UHGV virus genome: UHGV-0123062
Length of the DNA stretch: 36,434 nt
Origin: a virus
Strand: one strand, 5' to 3'
Shown here in pieces: positions 25,098 to 34,486 of the stretch. A model generated the notes under the pieces. The model ran no database searches, was not told the origin of the DNA, and saw only the letters and a program-made list of their open reading frames with translations. Each line of letters opens with the position of its first letter. Positions within the stretch are counted from its first letter, which is position 1. The position numbers were made by a program, and so were the translations under genes.

Positions 25098-25698
25098 TTC
25101 GTTGTTACCCCCATCAGCCAGCAATTTCATGCGTTGTGCCGAAGCCGTCGGAACACGCATTACAGACATTCCGGTAGACCTCAACACGTTGTGGTCGCCG
25201 GACACCTGCCCGGTGCATCTGCTGCCTTATCTCGCCTGGGCGTTTTCCGTTGACCGCTGGGATCGCAACTGGCCGGAAGAGACAAAGCGACAGGTGATTC
25301 GTGATGCATGGCTGATACACCGACACAAAGGGACCATCAGCGCACTGCGAAGAGCCGTGGAGCCTCTCGGCTACCTGATTGAAGTAAAGGAGTGGTGGCA
25401 ACTCAATGAGGAGCCTGGGACATTTCGCATTGTTGTCGGAGTACTTGATCAGGGCATCACCGATGAAATGCATCAGGAACTTGAACGCCTTATTGCGGAT
25501 GCAAAACCAGTAAGTCGCCATCTGACAGGGCTGGCGATCAGTCTGAGTGTGAACGGAAAGATTTTCGTTGGTACGGGATGCTATCACGGCGATGCCCTGA
25601 CGGTTTACCCCTACACCCCGGAGTCCATTATTGTCGAAGGGGATTATTTCCCTGCCCCGGCCATTCATTTAATTGATAATCTGAGAGTAAACGCATGA
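25090..25698 (+). CDS. I: Baseplate protein (P2 I-like)
   Basis: ATG 25090 overlapping the J 3' end. Confidence 0.85.
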   Translation: MSNSLLPPSASNFMRCAEAVGTRITDIPVDLNTLWSPDTCPVHLLPYLAWAFSVDRWDRNWPEETKRQVIRDAWLIHRHKGTISALRRAVEPLGYLIEVKEWWQLNEEPGTFRIVVGVLDQGITDEMHQELERLIADAKPVSRHLTGLAISLSVNGKIFVGTGCYHGDALTVYPYTPESIIVEGDYFPAPAIHLIDNLRVNA

Positions 25699-27122
25699 CA
25701 ATGAAATACTACGCCATTCTGACTAATCAGGGCGCGGCACGACTGGCTAACGCGACGATGCTCGGCAGTAAGCTGAATCTGACGCAAATGGCCGTTGGTG
25801 ATGCAAATGGTGTGTTACCAACACCAAACCCTGCACAAACAAAACTGATTAACCAGAAACGCATTGCACCGCTGAATCTTCTGAGTGTTGACCCTAACAA
25901 TCAGAGCCAGATTATTGCGGAGCAAATCATCCCTGAAGACGAGGGAGGATTCTGGATCCGTGAGATTGGTCTTTATGATGATAAAGGTGTACTCATTGCG
26001 GTGGCAAACTGCCCGGAAACGTACAAACCGCAGTTGCAGGAAGGCAGTGGACGCACCCAGACTATCCGCATGATTCTGGTTGTCACGAACACCAAAGCCA
26101 TCACGCTGAAAATCGACCCGTCTGTGGTTCTGGCAACCCGCAAATATGTGGATGATAAAATCTCAAAGCACGAGCAGTCACGACGTCACCCGGACGCCTC
26201 GCTGACCGCAAAAGGCTTTGTTCAACTTAGCAGCACCACCAACAGCACCTCTGAAACGCTGGCCGCAACACCGAAAGCGGTTAAGGCTGCATATGACCTG
26301 GCTAACGGGAAATATACCGCTCAGGATGCGACTACGGCACGAAAAGGCCTTGTTCAACTCAGTAGCGCCACCAACAGCACCTCTGAAACGCTGGCCGCAA
26401 CACCGAAAGCGGTTAAGGCTGCATATGACCTGGCTAACGGGAAACAACCGGCAGATGCCACGCTCACTGCTCTGGCAGGACTTGCCACTGCAGCAGATCG
26501 GTTGCCTTATTTTACCGGAGCAGACCGCGCAGCGCTGGCAACCCTTACAGCTATTGGTCGCGCTATTATCGCTAAGGGCAGTATAAAAGATGTCCTCAAT
26601 TACCTTGGTTTAGGAGAAGGCTCGGCGCTACCCGTTGGTGTGCCTGTTCCGTGGCCCACCGCCACACCGCCAGCAGGCTGGTTAAAGTGCGACGGGCGCG
26701 CCTTTACAAAAGAACAATATCCTGTTCTGGCCAGAGCCTACCCGACCCTCCGTCTTCCCGATTTACGCGGTGAGTTTATCCGTGGATGGGACGACGGGCG
26801 CAAAGTTGATACAGGACGTAAGTTGCTGTCCGCACAAGGGGCAACGCTGTTAAGAACAGCAATGCTGGATTATTATAACCAGGACACTACGGGAACCTCG
26901 GGGATAGTCGGCATGGGATTCAACAATGAAGATTCCATTACAGACCTTCGTGAGGGCAGCTTTAAAATGCCGGACGGGACAACATTCAGCGATCCTGTCA
27001 TAGCAATGTCAGACAATGGTATGCAGGCTACTATTCTGACCTCTATCAGAAGCGGGTATGCGAAGGGTATCACTGTCAGACCCCGTAGCATTGCACTTAA
27101 TTACATTGTGAGGGCAGTTTAA
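25695..27122 (+). CDS. H: Tail fibre protein (P2 H-like), C-terminal part inside the invertible segment
   Basis: 475 aa; N-terminal constant region, two 44-aa tandem repeats, C-terminal receptor-binding part whose upstream end is duplicated in inverted orientation at ~27995..28221. Confidence 0.9.
   Translation: MTMKYYAILTNQGAARLANATMLGSKLNLTQMAVGDANGVLPTPNPAQTKLINQKRIAPLNLLSVDPNNQSQIIAEQIIPEDEGGFWIREIGLYDDKGVLIAVANCPETYKPQLQEGSGRTQTIRMILVVTNTKAITLKIDPSVVLATRKYVDDKISKHEQSRRHPDASLTAKGFVQLSSTTNSTSETLAATPKAVKAAYDLANGKYTAQDATTARKGLVQLSSATNSTSETLAATPKAVKAAYDLANGKQPADATLTALAGLATAADRLPYFTGADRAALATLTAIGRAIIAKGSIKDVLNYLGLGEGSALPVGVPVPWPTATPPAGWLKCDGRAFTKEQYPVLARAYPTLRLPDLRGEFIRGWDDGRKVDTGRKLLSAQGATLLRTAMLDYYNQDTTGTSGIVGMGFNNEDSITDLREGSFKMPDGTTFSDPVIAMSDNGMQATILTSIRSGYAKGITVRPRSIALNYIVRAV
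26208..26471 (+). repeat. Tandem direct repeat, 2 x 132 bp, inside tail fibre gene H
   Basis: Near-identical 132-bp units encoding KG(F/L)VQLSS(T/A)TNSTSETLAATPKAVKAAYDLANGK; period measured between the ctgaaacgct landmarks (26251 and 26383). Confidence 0.9.
26605..26831 (+). repeat. Left inverted repeat of the invertible segment (~227 bp)
   Basis: Encodes LGLGEGSALPVGVPVPWPTATPPAGWLKCDGR...GRKLLS, which reappears in the minus-strand cassette. Confidence 0.8.
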
Positions 27123-27736
27123 TGAGTAACACTGCAGTTCTGGATGAAAACGGTATCGCCACTGTAGCGGGCGATATCACTGTATATCACTATGACGAGG
27201 AAACCCGGGAATACACCTCATCCTCTGTGGAGTATCTCGCCCTTGGGGTGGGTACTCCGGCACATTCGTGCGCCGATGCACCGCCGGAGGCAATTTCGGG
27301 TTACGTGGTTTGCCGGACTGCCACGCTGAACGGGTGGGAGCATGTGCCTGATCACCGCGGCGAGACGGTATACAGCACGGAGAACGGTAACCCCGTTCTG
27401 ATTACCCAACCGGGTGATTACCCGGCGGACACCACCACAAAACAGCCAGCCACGCCATGGGATACCTGGAACGGTGAGGCGTGGGTAACCGATACTGAAC
27501 GGCAGCGAACCGCAGAACTGGAGGTTGCCAGACAGCAACGCCAGCAACGGGTGAAACAGGCGATGGCGTCCGTCGATCTTATCAACCTCAAACTGCGTGC
27601 TGGTCGCAGTCTGACACCAGAAGAAACGGCAAAACTGAACGCCGTGCTGGATTATATCGACGAGCTGAACGCACTGGATATCAGCACGGCACCTGAAATC
27701 AGCTGGCCGGAAGCGCCACTGGCACTTGCCAGTTGA
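27122..27736 (+). CDS. G: Tail fibre assembly chaperone (P2 G-like)
   Basis: 204 aa; ATG overlaps the H stop; C-terminal segment ending ...WPEAPLALAS parallels the P2 G C-terminus as recalled. Confidence 0.8.
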   Translation: MSNTAVLDENGIATVAGDITVYHYDEETREYTSSSVEYLALGVGTPAHSCADAPPEAISGYVVCRTATLNGWEHVPDHRGETVYSTENGNPVLITQPGDYPADTTTKQPATPWDTWNGEAWVTDTERQRTAELEVARQQRQQRVKQAMASVDLINLKLRAGRSLTPEETAKLNAVLDYIDELNALDISTAPEISWPEAPLALAS

Positions 27737-27742
27737 ACGGTA

Positions 27743-28221
27743 TCACGCCGCCCTCACGATATAGTTAAACGCGATATTGCGGGGGCGGGTTATGTTAAAG
27801 AATGCTCCGTTTAATTCGGCTTTTGCGCGACTGTTTGTTCCACCCAGCATTGCGTACCACAAATAATCGCTACGGTAATTCCCCGCAAACACCTTATCGC
27901 CGCCATAGTCAATATTATTTCCGTTACTCATGTACGAGATATCAAGCGCAGAATCGTTATCGTCATGACCGCCGACCAGTGTACCTTTCTGCCATGAAAG
28001 CAACTTACGCCCCTCGTCAATCTTGCGCCCGTCGTCCCATCCACGGATAAACTCACCGCGTAAATCGGGAAGACGGAGGGTCGGGTAGACTCTGGCCAGA
28101 ACAGGATATTGTTCTTTTGTAAAGGTGCGCCCGTCGCACTTTAACCAGCCTGCTGGCGGTGTGGCAGTGGGCCACGGAACAGGTACACCAACGGGCAGCG
28201 CCGAGCCTTCCCCCAAACCAA
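27743..28221 (-). CDS. Alternative tail-fibre C-terminal cassette (promoterless, would fuse to constant H on inversion)
   Basis: Minus-strand reading frame shares the 66-aa junction segment with H then diverges to a different C-terminus ending NYIVRAA; the listed ORF 27743..28273 has no credible independent start. Confidence 0.65.
27995..28221 (-). repeat. Right inverted repeat of the invertible segment (~227 bp)
   Basis: Reverse complement encodes the same ~66-aa segment with a few substitutions. Confidence 0.8.
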
Positions 28222-28287
28222 CGTTTTCGTTTTTATCCCTACCTATACCAACTCTGTATTTTTCACGAAACAAAGAGGATGTTTTTT

Positions 28288-28887
28288 ATGCAAATTGGCT
28301 ATATTCGTGTGTCAACAAACGACCAGAACACGGATTTACAACGCAATGCACTGAACTGCGCAGGATGTGAACTGATTTTTGAAGATAAAATCAGCGGAAC
28401 GAAATCAACCAGACCGGGATTGAAAAAACTGCTCAGAACGCTATCAGAAGGAGATACGCTGGTTGTCTGGAAGCTGGACAGACTGGGCAGAAGTATGAAA
28501 CACCTGATCACGCTTATTGAGGAATTGCGGGAAAAAGGTGTTAATTTCCGTAGTCTGACGGACAGCATTGACACGTCAACACCCATGGGGCGTTTCTTTT
28601 TTCACGTCATGGGGGCTTTAGCCGAAATGGAACGTGAATTAATTGTAGAACGTACACTGGCCGGGCTGGCAGCAGCACGCGCACAAGGACGCATTGGCGG
28701 ACGTCGCCCGAAGTTGACAAAAGAACAACACGAGCAAATAGCGAGGCTGATTAAAAACGGTCATGACAGGAAACAACTGGCGATCATTTACGACATCGGC
28801 ATATCGACGATTTATCGTTATCACCCTGTAGGCGATATACAGGCTGAAGAAACAACCAGGCAGACTCAGGAAAATGAAAACCGCTAA
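28288..28887 (+). CDS. Serine DNA invertase (Hin/Gin/Cin/Pin family)
   Basis: N-terminus MQIGYIRVSTNDQNTDLQRNAL with catalytic Ser motif; C-terminal HTH; GAGG RBS; start trimmed to ATG 28288. Confidence 0.9.
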   Translation: MQIGYIRVSTNDQNTDLQRNALNCAGCELIFEDKISGTKSTRPGLKKLLRTLSEGDTLVVWKLDRLGRSMKHLITLIEELREKGVNFRSLTDSIDTSTPMGRFFFHVMGALAEMERELIVERTLAGLAAARAQGRIGGRRPKLTKEQHEQIARLIKNGHDRKQLAIIYDIGISTIYRYHPVGDIQAEETTRQTQENENR

Positions 28888-28906
28888 TCTGACCATTAGC
28901 GGTTTT
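28877..28906. terminator. Bidirectional terminator hairpin between the convergent invertase and U genes
   Basis: Perfect 12-bp stem AAAACCGCTAAT / ATTAGCGGTTTT with 6-nt loop, A/T tracts on both sides; overlaps the invertase stop codon. Confidence 0.7.
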
Positions 28907-28913
28907 GCGTTAA

Positions 28914-29402
28914 TCAAAACAGCCCTTTAACGGAGCTGGCCGCGCTGTTGAGGGATGATGTGACCTTATCTTTGAAGCCGGACAGCATATCACTGAACGA
29001 TGAGGATTGCAGGCGCTCCCGCAAATCCTCATCACAGCGTTCAAGAGTCAGTGAAAATTCTATCTTTTTCGCCTTACCGTAGCGATCAAACTCGGAACGG
29101 GTCGTATTCGTTTCAGTCAGTACATACATGCCGTAAATCTGCCCGACACCATCAATCAGAGGCCAGGGGCGTCCTGTATATGCCTGCGTGGTCAGCAACG
29201 AAAGCGACACTTCGCCACCTGTAATTTCAGGATAAAGCACGCCAGAAAGCACGATGCGATCATCACCTGCACCGATATACTGCCAGCTTGCTGAGCGGTT
29301 TACGCGCTCATTTTTCACATGCCGCCAGCTTTTGTTTTGCTGTAACTGCTGATGCGGCAACGTGCGCAGCTCAAAAACAAACATGCCGTAGATCATCATC
29401 AT
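28914..29402 (-). CDS. U: Tail protein (P2 U-like)
   Basis: Start taken at ATG 29402 (GAGGAG RBS 8 nt upstream on the minus strand); the listed ORF starts at 29408. Confidence 0.8.
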   Translation of the reverse strand: MMMIYGMFVFELRTLPHQQLQQNKSWRHVKNERVNRSASWQYIGAGDDRIVLSGVLYPEITGGEVSLSLLTTQAYTGRPWPLIDGVGQIYGMYVLTETNTTRSEFDRYGKAKKIEFSLTLERCDEDLRERLQSSSFSDMLSGFKDKVTSSLNSAASSVKGLF

Positions 29403-29414
29403 GGCCATGACTCC

Positions 29415-32228
29415 TCAATCTTTATCGTAAAAACTGCCACGCCCGGCACGGGCGCGCCGTTCCATTTCTGCCCTGACCATTTCACCGACCAGTTTCGCCA
29501 GTTCGCGGGGATTCTGCGTAACAACGTTATGCAGATGAACATGAATTTCACCACCAAATCCGGAGGCAACAGGCTCCCGGTTACGGGAAGTTACAGGAAC
29601 TGACGCCACTGGAGATCGTATGGCCTCCGCCACCGGGCGGGAGCTGGCCGCAACAACAGGGACCAGCGCCGGAGGCAGCGGAGCCGGGACCACGGGTGTG
29701 ATATTAATTGCGGGGGGCTTACTGACCTGCGCAATCTTCCGCTCCTGCCACTCCCCACGAACAGCAAGTGCGCGGGGCAGGTTCTTAAAGACAATATCGC
29801 CGGGGCCAATGCGTTTTTTCGTCTCATCAACCAGCTTACCTGTGTTATCAGCAATTTTGCTGAGTCTGCGCAGCGTACCGGTATTGCTGTCTGTGAGCGG
29901 TTTATTGTCTTTGGGGTTATCACCTCCGGTGCCATTGCCATTTTCCACAGGCTTCGGCGGATTGATTTTCGCCAGGTCCCCCTGAAGCAAGGCAACCTTG
30001 TCCTGAAGAATGGCCGCACGCTGTGCGTCTTCGATTTTCTTGCGCGCCCTTTCCGCTTCATCCGGAAGGACGCCAAGTTTTTCAAGTATCCACGCCAGCG
30101 TATCCAGCAGCATTTTTGCAGGTGTCAGAACAAGCTGTAACGCACCGCCAAGAACGCTACCGAATATCTCGCCAGCACTGGTACATTTATCCAGCGTTTC
30201 CTTGCTGGACTCCATCGGTGACAGCAGCGATTTAAACCAGTTAAACACCTGGCTGATCCCGCTCCCGATTGCGTCAAAAACAGGACCAAACCGTTCAAAG
30301 GTTTCGCGCAACGGGGTCAGCCTTTCCATAATCCCGTTGAACACCCCGGCATAAAACGCCTTAATGGGTTCCCAGTATTTCCAGATGAGAACCGCCGCAG
30401 CCACAAACGCAGCAGCAATCAATCCAACCGGACTGAACAGCGCCCCGATAGCGCCTCCCAGCAAAGAAACAGAACCCGTCAGCATTCCCCACAGCGCAGG
30501 CAACACCCGGACGACATTCATTGACCGGGTAAGAATGTCAAAACCAAGACGCAGGGTGGCCAGCTTTCCGTAAAGCACCCCAATAACCAGCGACAACGAG
30601 CCAATCGTTGCAGTCATTGCCAGCAACGCACCGCCTGCTATCAGTAGCTGGCGCGTCAGTACCGGATGGGCCTGCGCCAGCGAGGTGATTTTTTCAAGCA
30701 CCCGCGTGAGCCACTGCGTGACAGAACGCAGCGGACCGTCAACCAGATCACTGATGCGAATACGAAGACCTTCCCATGCGCTGTCGAGATTTTTCAGGTC
30801 CCCATCAAGATTATCGGCCATTACTTTTGCAACGCGATCGGCCTCTCCCCTTGCCCCCTGCAATTCTCTGGTCAGTTTTTGCAGCTCTCCTGAACCAGCC
30901 GCCGCAACAAGCGTCTGTAAACCAACGAACGCCTCTTCTCCGGCGATGTCCTTGAAGAAGGAGACCTGGTCCACCTGTCCGTATTTTTGTGTCGCCTTAT
31001 AGAGATCAAGCAGCACATCCTCCATCGGGCGCATTTTGCCTCTGGCGTCAGCAACTGACACCCCCAGCTCTTTCAGTGCATCAGCCGCAGCTTTTGGCGG
31101 TGATGCAAGGCGGGACAGACTTGCGCGCATGGCCGTACCAGCATCGCTTCCACGAAGACCATTATTGGCAAGCATCCCGGCCATGGCTGCCGCTTCTTCA
31201 AGACTGATACCAAGTTTTGCGGCAACCGGACCGGTATACTTCATGGTTTCGCCCAGCGCGCGTAAATCAGTATTGGTCCGGGTGAATGCCGCTGTCAGCG
31301 TATCGCCAACCCGGTCCATTTGATCGGCTGTCAGGTTGAACTGTGTGAGGATATTGGAGCCTATATCCGCCGTCTCGCCGAGTTCGACGCCACCTGCCAG
31401 CGCCATATTAAGAACACCGGGCAATGCGGCCTGAATGGCCTGCGGAGTAAAACCAGCCATTGCCAGAAAGCTCTGCCCACTGGCGGCATCACTCGCAGTA
31501 AACTGTGTTTCAGAACCAAGTTTTAACGCCTGCTCACGCAGCGCCTTAAACTGCGGGCTGTTTTTGTCGATTCGCGTCAGTGCCTGAACGCGGGACATCT
31601 CTTTGCCGAACCCGATCGCAGGCTGCAAAAAACGCCCGGCAGCATAGCCGCCAGCCGCTGCAGCACCAATTGCCAGCGCACCACCTGTTTTCAGTTTTCC
31701 CGCGGTTTCCTGCGCGCGCGAATACCGCTCACGCGCCCGCGTTACACGCGCAAGCGCCTGCCGTTCGCGTTCAAGCTGGTTGTTGTACTGTTCAGTGCGT
31801 CTGATGGCCTGCTGGATTGTGTTATCGCTGCCTGTCAGGGAAATGCCGTGGCGTTTCAGCTCTCCGCCAAGTTCCCGCATTTTCTGAATTTCCCGTGTGC
31901 GCGATTCATTCAGGCGTTCAAGCCGGGTGCTTAACTGCTGCATCAGCTTTTGTTGTTTTTCGCTGAGCACTGTACCCGTGCGTTGTAACTGATTAAGGGC
32001 GTTAAGCTGGCGTCGTGCTTTCACGATACCCGCATCCGCTTTACTGACAGCGTCGCGGGCGCGCTCAAATGAACGCGCCTGACGCTCGAGATTTTTGATC
32101 GCCCCCTGCGTTCGCTGGATGGAGTCACCAAACTGCCCCATCAGGCGGCGGGCGTTTTCGGCAGGCCGGGTCAGCCTGTCAACGGCGCTGAAAGCGACCC
32201 GGATATCAAGAGTCTTCATTGTCTGCAT
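29415..32228 (-). CDS. T: Tail tape-measure protein (P2 T-like)
   Basis: 937 aa; coiled-coil N-terminal third, hydrophobic Gly/Ala-rich central segments; between E/E' and U. Confidence 0.85.
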   Translation of the reverse strand: MQTMKTLDIRVAFSAVDRLTRPAENARRLMGQFGDSIQRTQGAIKNLERQARSFERARDAVSKADAGIVKARRQLNALNQLQRTGTVLSEKQQKLMQQLSTRLERLNESRTREIQKMRELGGELKRHGISLTGSDNTIQQAIRRTEQYNNQLERERQALARVTRARERYSRAQETAGKLKTGGALAIGAAAAGGYAAGRFLQPAIGFGKEMSRVQALTRIDKNSPQFKALREQALKLGSETQFTASDAASGQSFLAMAGFTPQAIQAALPGVLNMALAGGVELGETADIGSNILTQFNLTADQMDRVGDTLTAAFTRTNTDLRALGETMKYTGPVAAKLGISLEEAAAMAGMLANNGLRGSDAGTAMRASLSRLASPPKAAADALKELGVSVADARGKMRPMEDVLLDLYKATQKYGQVDQVSFFKDIAGEEAFVGLQTLVAAAGSGELQKLTRELQGARGEADRVAKVMADNLDGDLKNLDSAWEGLRIRISDLVDGPLRSVTQWLTRVLEKITSLAQAHPVLTRQLLIAGGALLAMTATIGSLSLVIGVLYGKLATLRLGFDILTRSMNVVRVLPALWGMLTGSVSLLGGAIGALFSPVGLIAAAFVAAAVLIWKYWEPIKAFYAGVFNGIMERLTPLRETFERFGPVFDAIGSGISQVFNWFKSLLSPMESSKETLDKCTSAGEIFGSVLGGALQLVLTPAKMLLDTLAWILEKLGVLPDEAERARKKIEDAQRAAILQDKVALLQGDLAKINPPKPVENGNGTGGDNPKDNKPLTDSNTGTLRRLSKIADNTGKLVDETKKRIGPGDIVFKNLPRALAVRGEWQERKIAQVSKPPAINITPVVPAPLPPALVPVVAASSRPVAEAIRSPVASVPVTSRNREPVASGFGGEIHVHLHNVVTQNPRELAKLVGEMVRAEMERRARAGRGSFYDKD

Positions 32229-32442
32229 TCCCGCTGCGAAGTGCCGCCCGCTCGCGCCAGCTAACCACTTCGCCGGGCGTCATCATGAAGATTTCGGCGG
32301 GCGACCAGTTAAAAATGGCGGCAATATCTGCCACAAAGTCTTCTATGTGCTCAAAGCACACAACCGTGATCAGGCTTCCGTCGCCTGTTCGTTCTTCCCG
32401 CCAGAGTCCGCACCGCTCAAAAAATTTACGGCAACCGCACAT
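32206..32442 (-). CDS. E' extension ORF, expressed as E+E' by -1 programmed ribosomal frameshift
   Basis: -1 frame ORF overlapping the E 3' end and the T 5' end; slippery T TTT TTG on the minus strand at 32418..32424. Confidence 0.6.
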   Translation of the reverse strand: MCGCRKFFERCGLWREERTGDGSLITVVCFEHIEDFVADIAAIFNWSPAEIFMMTPGEVVSWRERAALRSGNADNEDS

Positions 32443-32735
32443 AACTGAATAAAGTCACGGGATGCCATTTTTTTGATCGTCACTTCATCCAGTCGCGGTG
32501 ATGTCACGCGTGACAGCAGCGTAAACATGGATTCCGCTTTCAGATTCAGCACATCAGACAGCGACAAATCTCGCAGAGATCCAGCCTGCTCAATAGCCCC
32601 GGTGATCTCCACATACGTGATTTTTTCGCCGCCTCGCTCAATTGGTTGGGTAAGTTTTACGCCACGCTCACTGGTTTCTTTCACAGTGTCAGTAACTACC
32701 GTGTTTTCGGTATCGATGTTTTTCGTCTCTTTCAT
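32370..32735 (-). CDS. E: Tail assembly chaperone (P2 E-like), zero frame
   Basis: GGAG RBS; contains the slippery heptamer near its 3' end. Confidence 0.75.
   Translation of the reverse strand: MKETKNIDTENTVVTDTVKETSERGVKLTQPIERGGEKITYVEITGAIEQAGSLRDLSLSDVLNLKAESMFTLLSRVTSPRLDEVTIKKMASRDFIQLCAVAVNFLSGADSGGKNEQATEA
32418..32424 (-). promoter_or_regulatory. Programmed -1 frameshift slippery heptamer TTTTTTG (E to E+E')
   Basis: Seen directly; the E frame reads AAT TTT TTG AGC and the -1 frame continues into the E' ORF. Confidence 0.65.
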
Positions 32736-32789
32736 CAGGAAACTCCTTTCAGTCAGAGGCGACGCACTGCGCCGCCTGCATATTACTTA

Positions 32790-33302
32790 TCAGCCAAGCC
32801 CGAGCGCGGAACGGATGCGATCGGGCACAATGTCCTTGCCGTCCTTCCGGTAAATGAAGTTCAGCAGGTCAATCTCCCACAACGGGCGATCGTTAACACT
32901 CAGCTTGTAGTAGGTGTTTTTAATGGCGTAAGTGTGTGATGTGGCTTCGCCCTGTTTGGCTTCCCCCATATCAATTTCCGTCACACGTCCGCGCATTTCG
33001 ACTTCATACAGGTCGCTTTCTGCATCGGTGTAGTATTCACCCGCAAAACGCAGCAGCGTGCCGTCAATCGTGCCGCCATACTTAAGGAACAGCTCACGAA
33101 CTGCGCCCCCCATGACAAAGCTCGCATCAAGCGCGGAGTCGTCCAGACCGAGATCAATACTTACCGCACCCATCATGCCACCACCCCGGTAGCTGTCGGT
33201 TTTGCGCGTCAGCTTAGGCAGAGTGACGGACGTCACCTTACCCACTTCGTTTTCACCATCCACAAACAGCGTAAAAAAGCGAAGATGTTTTGGTACAGCC
33301 AT
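32790..33302 (-). CDS. FII: Tail tube protein (P2 FII-like)
   Basis: 170 aa; ATGA overlap with the FI stop. Confidence 0.85.
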   Translation of the reverse strand: MAVPKHLRFFTLFVDGENEVGKVTSVTLPKLTRKTDSYRGGGMMGAVSIDLGLDDSALDASFVMGGAVRELFLKYGGTIDGTLLRFAGEYYTDAESDLYEVEMRGRVTEIDMGEAKQGEATSHTYAIKNTYYKLSVNDRPLWEIDLLNFIYRKDGKDIVPDRIRSALGLG

Positions 33303-34486
33303 CAGGCACCTCCCAGCACCGCAAATGCGGGACCAAAGAATTCATCAGTAAACGACTGGTAAAGCTCCATGTCTTCCAGCGGAGGAACGGGCGTATATTT
33401 GTAGCGAATACGCACACGCCCCTGACGTAAACCCGTGGTGCTGTTATCCACCACGTCATACCAGCACTCCGCACCAATCAGTTTCCCGACAGTAACCAGC
33501 GAATCCAGTTTTGCTCTGATGGCGCTGATAACATCCTTCACGTTCGCAGGTGTCAGTGGACTGTCGATGGTTTCAAACTGCGCTTCCGCAATTGAATCAG
33601 CCAGCACCTGTGCGGTTCGGGTATACACCTCAAAGATGTAGGCGTTCGTTTCCGGTGTGCGGTTGCCCCAGAAGCGGAACCCGTTACGACGAATAATGGT
33701 CGTGATTTCTTTGTTGTTGAGGCTGTTGGCATCACTGTCTTCGGCCTGTAACGACCAGAACACATGCCTCGACATCCCCAGCACATTTTTAACCGGAACG
33801 TTGGACAGCGATTTGTGCCAGCCCTGCTCATGGTCAATGTACGCACGAAGGCCGCACGCATAAGCAGGCGCGGGGAACGTTTCGTTTTTGCCACTTTTCG
33901 GGTTGTAGGCGATGAAGTCAGGCCATAAGAGCATCACCTCACGTTCGTTGAATTTCTGGCGGTAGGTAATCGCCTCAGCCATCGTGTTACAACCATGACA
34001 TGTGGCATACACAAACGCGCGCAGTTTACCCGCAATCACGCACAGGGATTTTGTCACCGCCTCCGTGTCCAGCTCCGGCGCGGCCAGAATACGCGGACGG
34101 TATCCGATGCTTTCATCCTGCTCTGCAACAAGCAGCGCATACATCCCCGTATAGCTGCCGTCAGATTCAGAACCACCGATAACCAGTTGATCCTGCGTCT
34201 TTCCGTTTTCTTCTTTGTGTTCAGCCACGCGAACGACGATCACCTTTGTGCTCACCTGGTCTGCGATGGCCTTAAGCGCACGATAAAGCGTCCCCGTTGT
34301 CCCGCATTTTCCCAGCACGTCATTGACGCGGGTCAGCAGTGTGGGCTTGTTCAGCGGGAACAGCTTCGCGTCCGCATCATCCGCCGTTGCCACGATACCG
34401 ATAACGCTGGAATCAACATCATTAATCGCTGTTACCAGGTCGGTACTTTCCGTAACACGGGCACCATGAAAACGAGTTTCACTCAT
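33302..34486 (-). CDS. FI: Contractile tail sheath protein (P2 FI-like)
   Basis: 394 aa; first gene of the leftward tail operon. Confidence 0.9.
   Translation of the reverse strand: MSETRFHGARVTESTDLVTAINDVDSSVIGIVATADDADAKLFPLNKPTLLTRVNDVLGKCGTTGTLYRALKAIADQVSTKVIVVRVAEHKEENGKTQDQLVIGGSESDGSYTGMYALLVAEQDESIGYRPRILAAPELDTEAVTKSLCVIAGKLRAFVYATCHGCNTMAEAITYRQKFNEREVMLLWPDFIAYNPKSGKNETFPAPAYACGLRAYIDHEQGWHKSLSNVPVKNVLGMSRHVFWSLQAEDSDANSLNNKEITTIIRRNGFRFWGNRTPETNAYIFEVYTRTAQVLADSIAEAQFETIDSPLTPANVKDVISAIRAKLDSLVTVGKLIGAECWYDVVDNSTTGLRQGRVRIRYKYTPVPPLEDMELYQSFTDEFFGPAFAVLGGA

Larger units (their letters stand above)
26590..28233. mobile_element. Invertible tail-fibre segment (Hin/Gin/Cin/Pin type), about 1.6 kb
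   Basis: Bounded by inverted repeats beginning at TTGGTTT (26605) and AAACCAA (28221); hix/gix-like crossover candidates at ~26590..26615 and ~28208..28233; adjacent serine invertase gene. Confidence 0.8.

Noticed and set aside
26178-26586. Two listed ORFs (minus 26178..26447, plus 26218..26586) with internally repeated sequence, and a possible CRISPR-like repeat
   Set aside because: Both are alternative-frame readings of the 132-bp tandem duplication within tail fibre gene H; only two long repeat units with no spacer architecture, so not a CRISPR array.
29591-31526. Several 60-160-aa ORFs on both strands within the tape-measure region
   Set aside because: All overlap the 937-aa tape-measure gene in other frames; Ser/Arg/Pro-rich translations are characteristic of frame artefacts.
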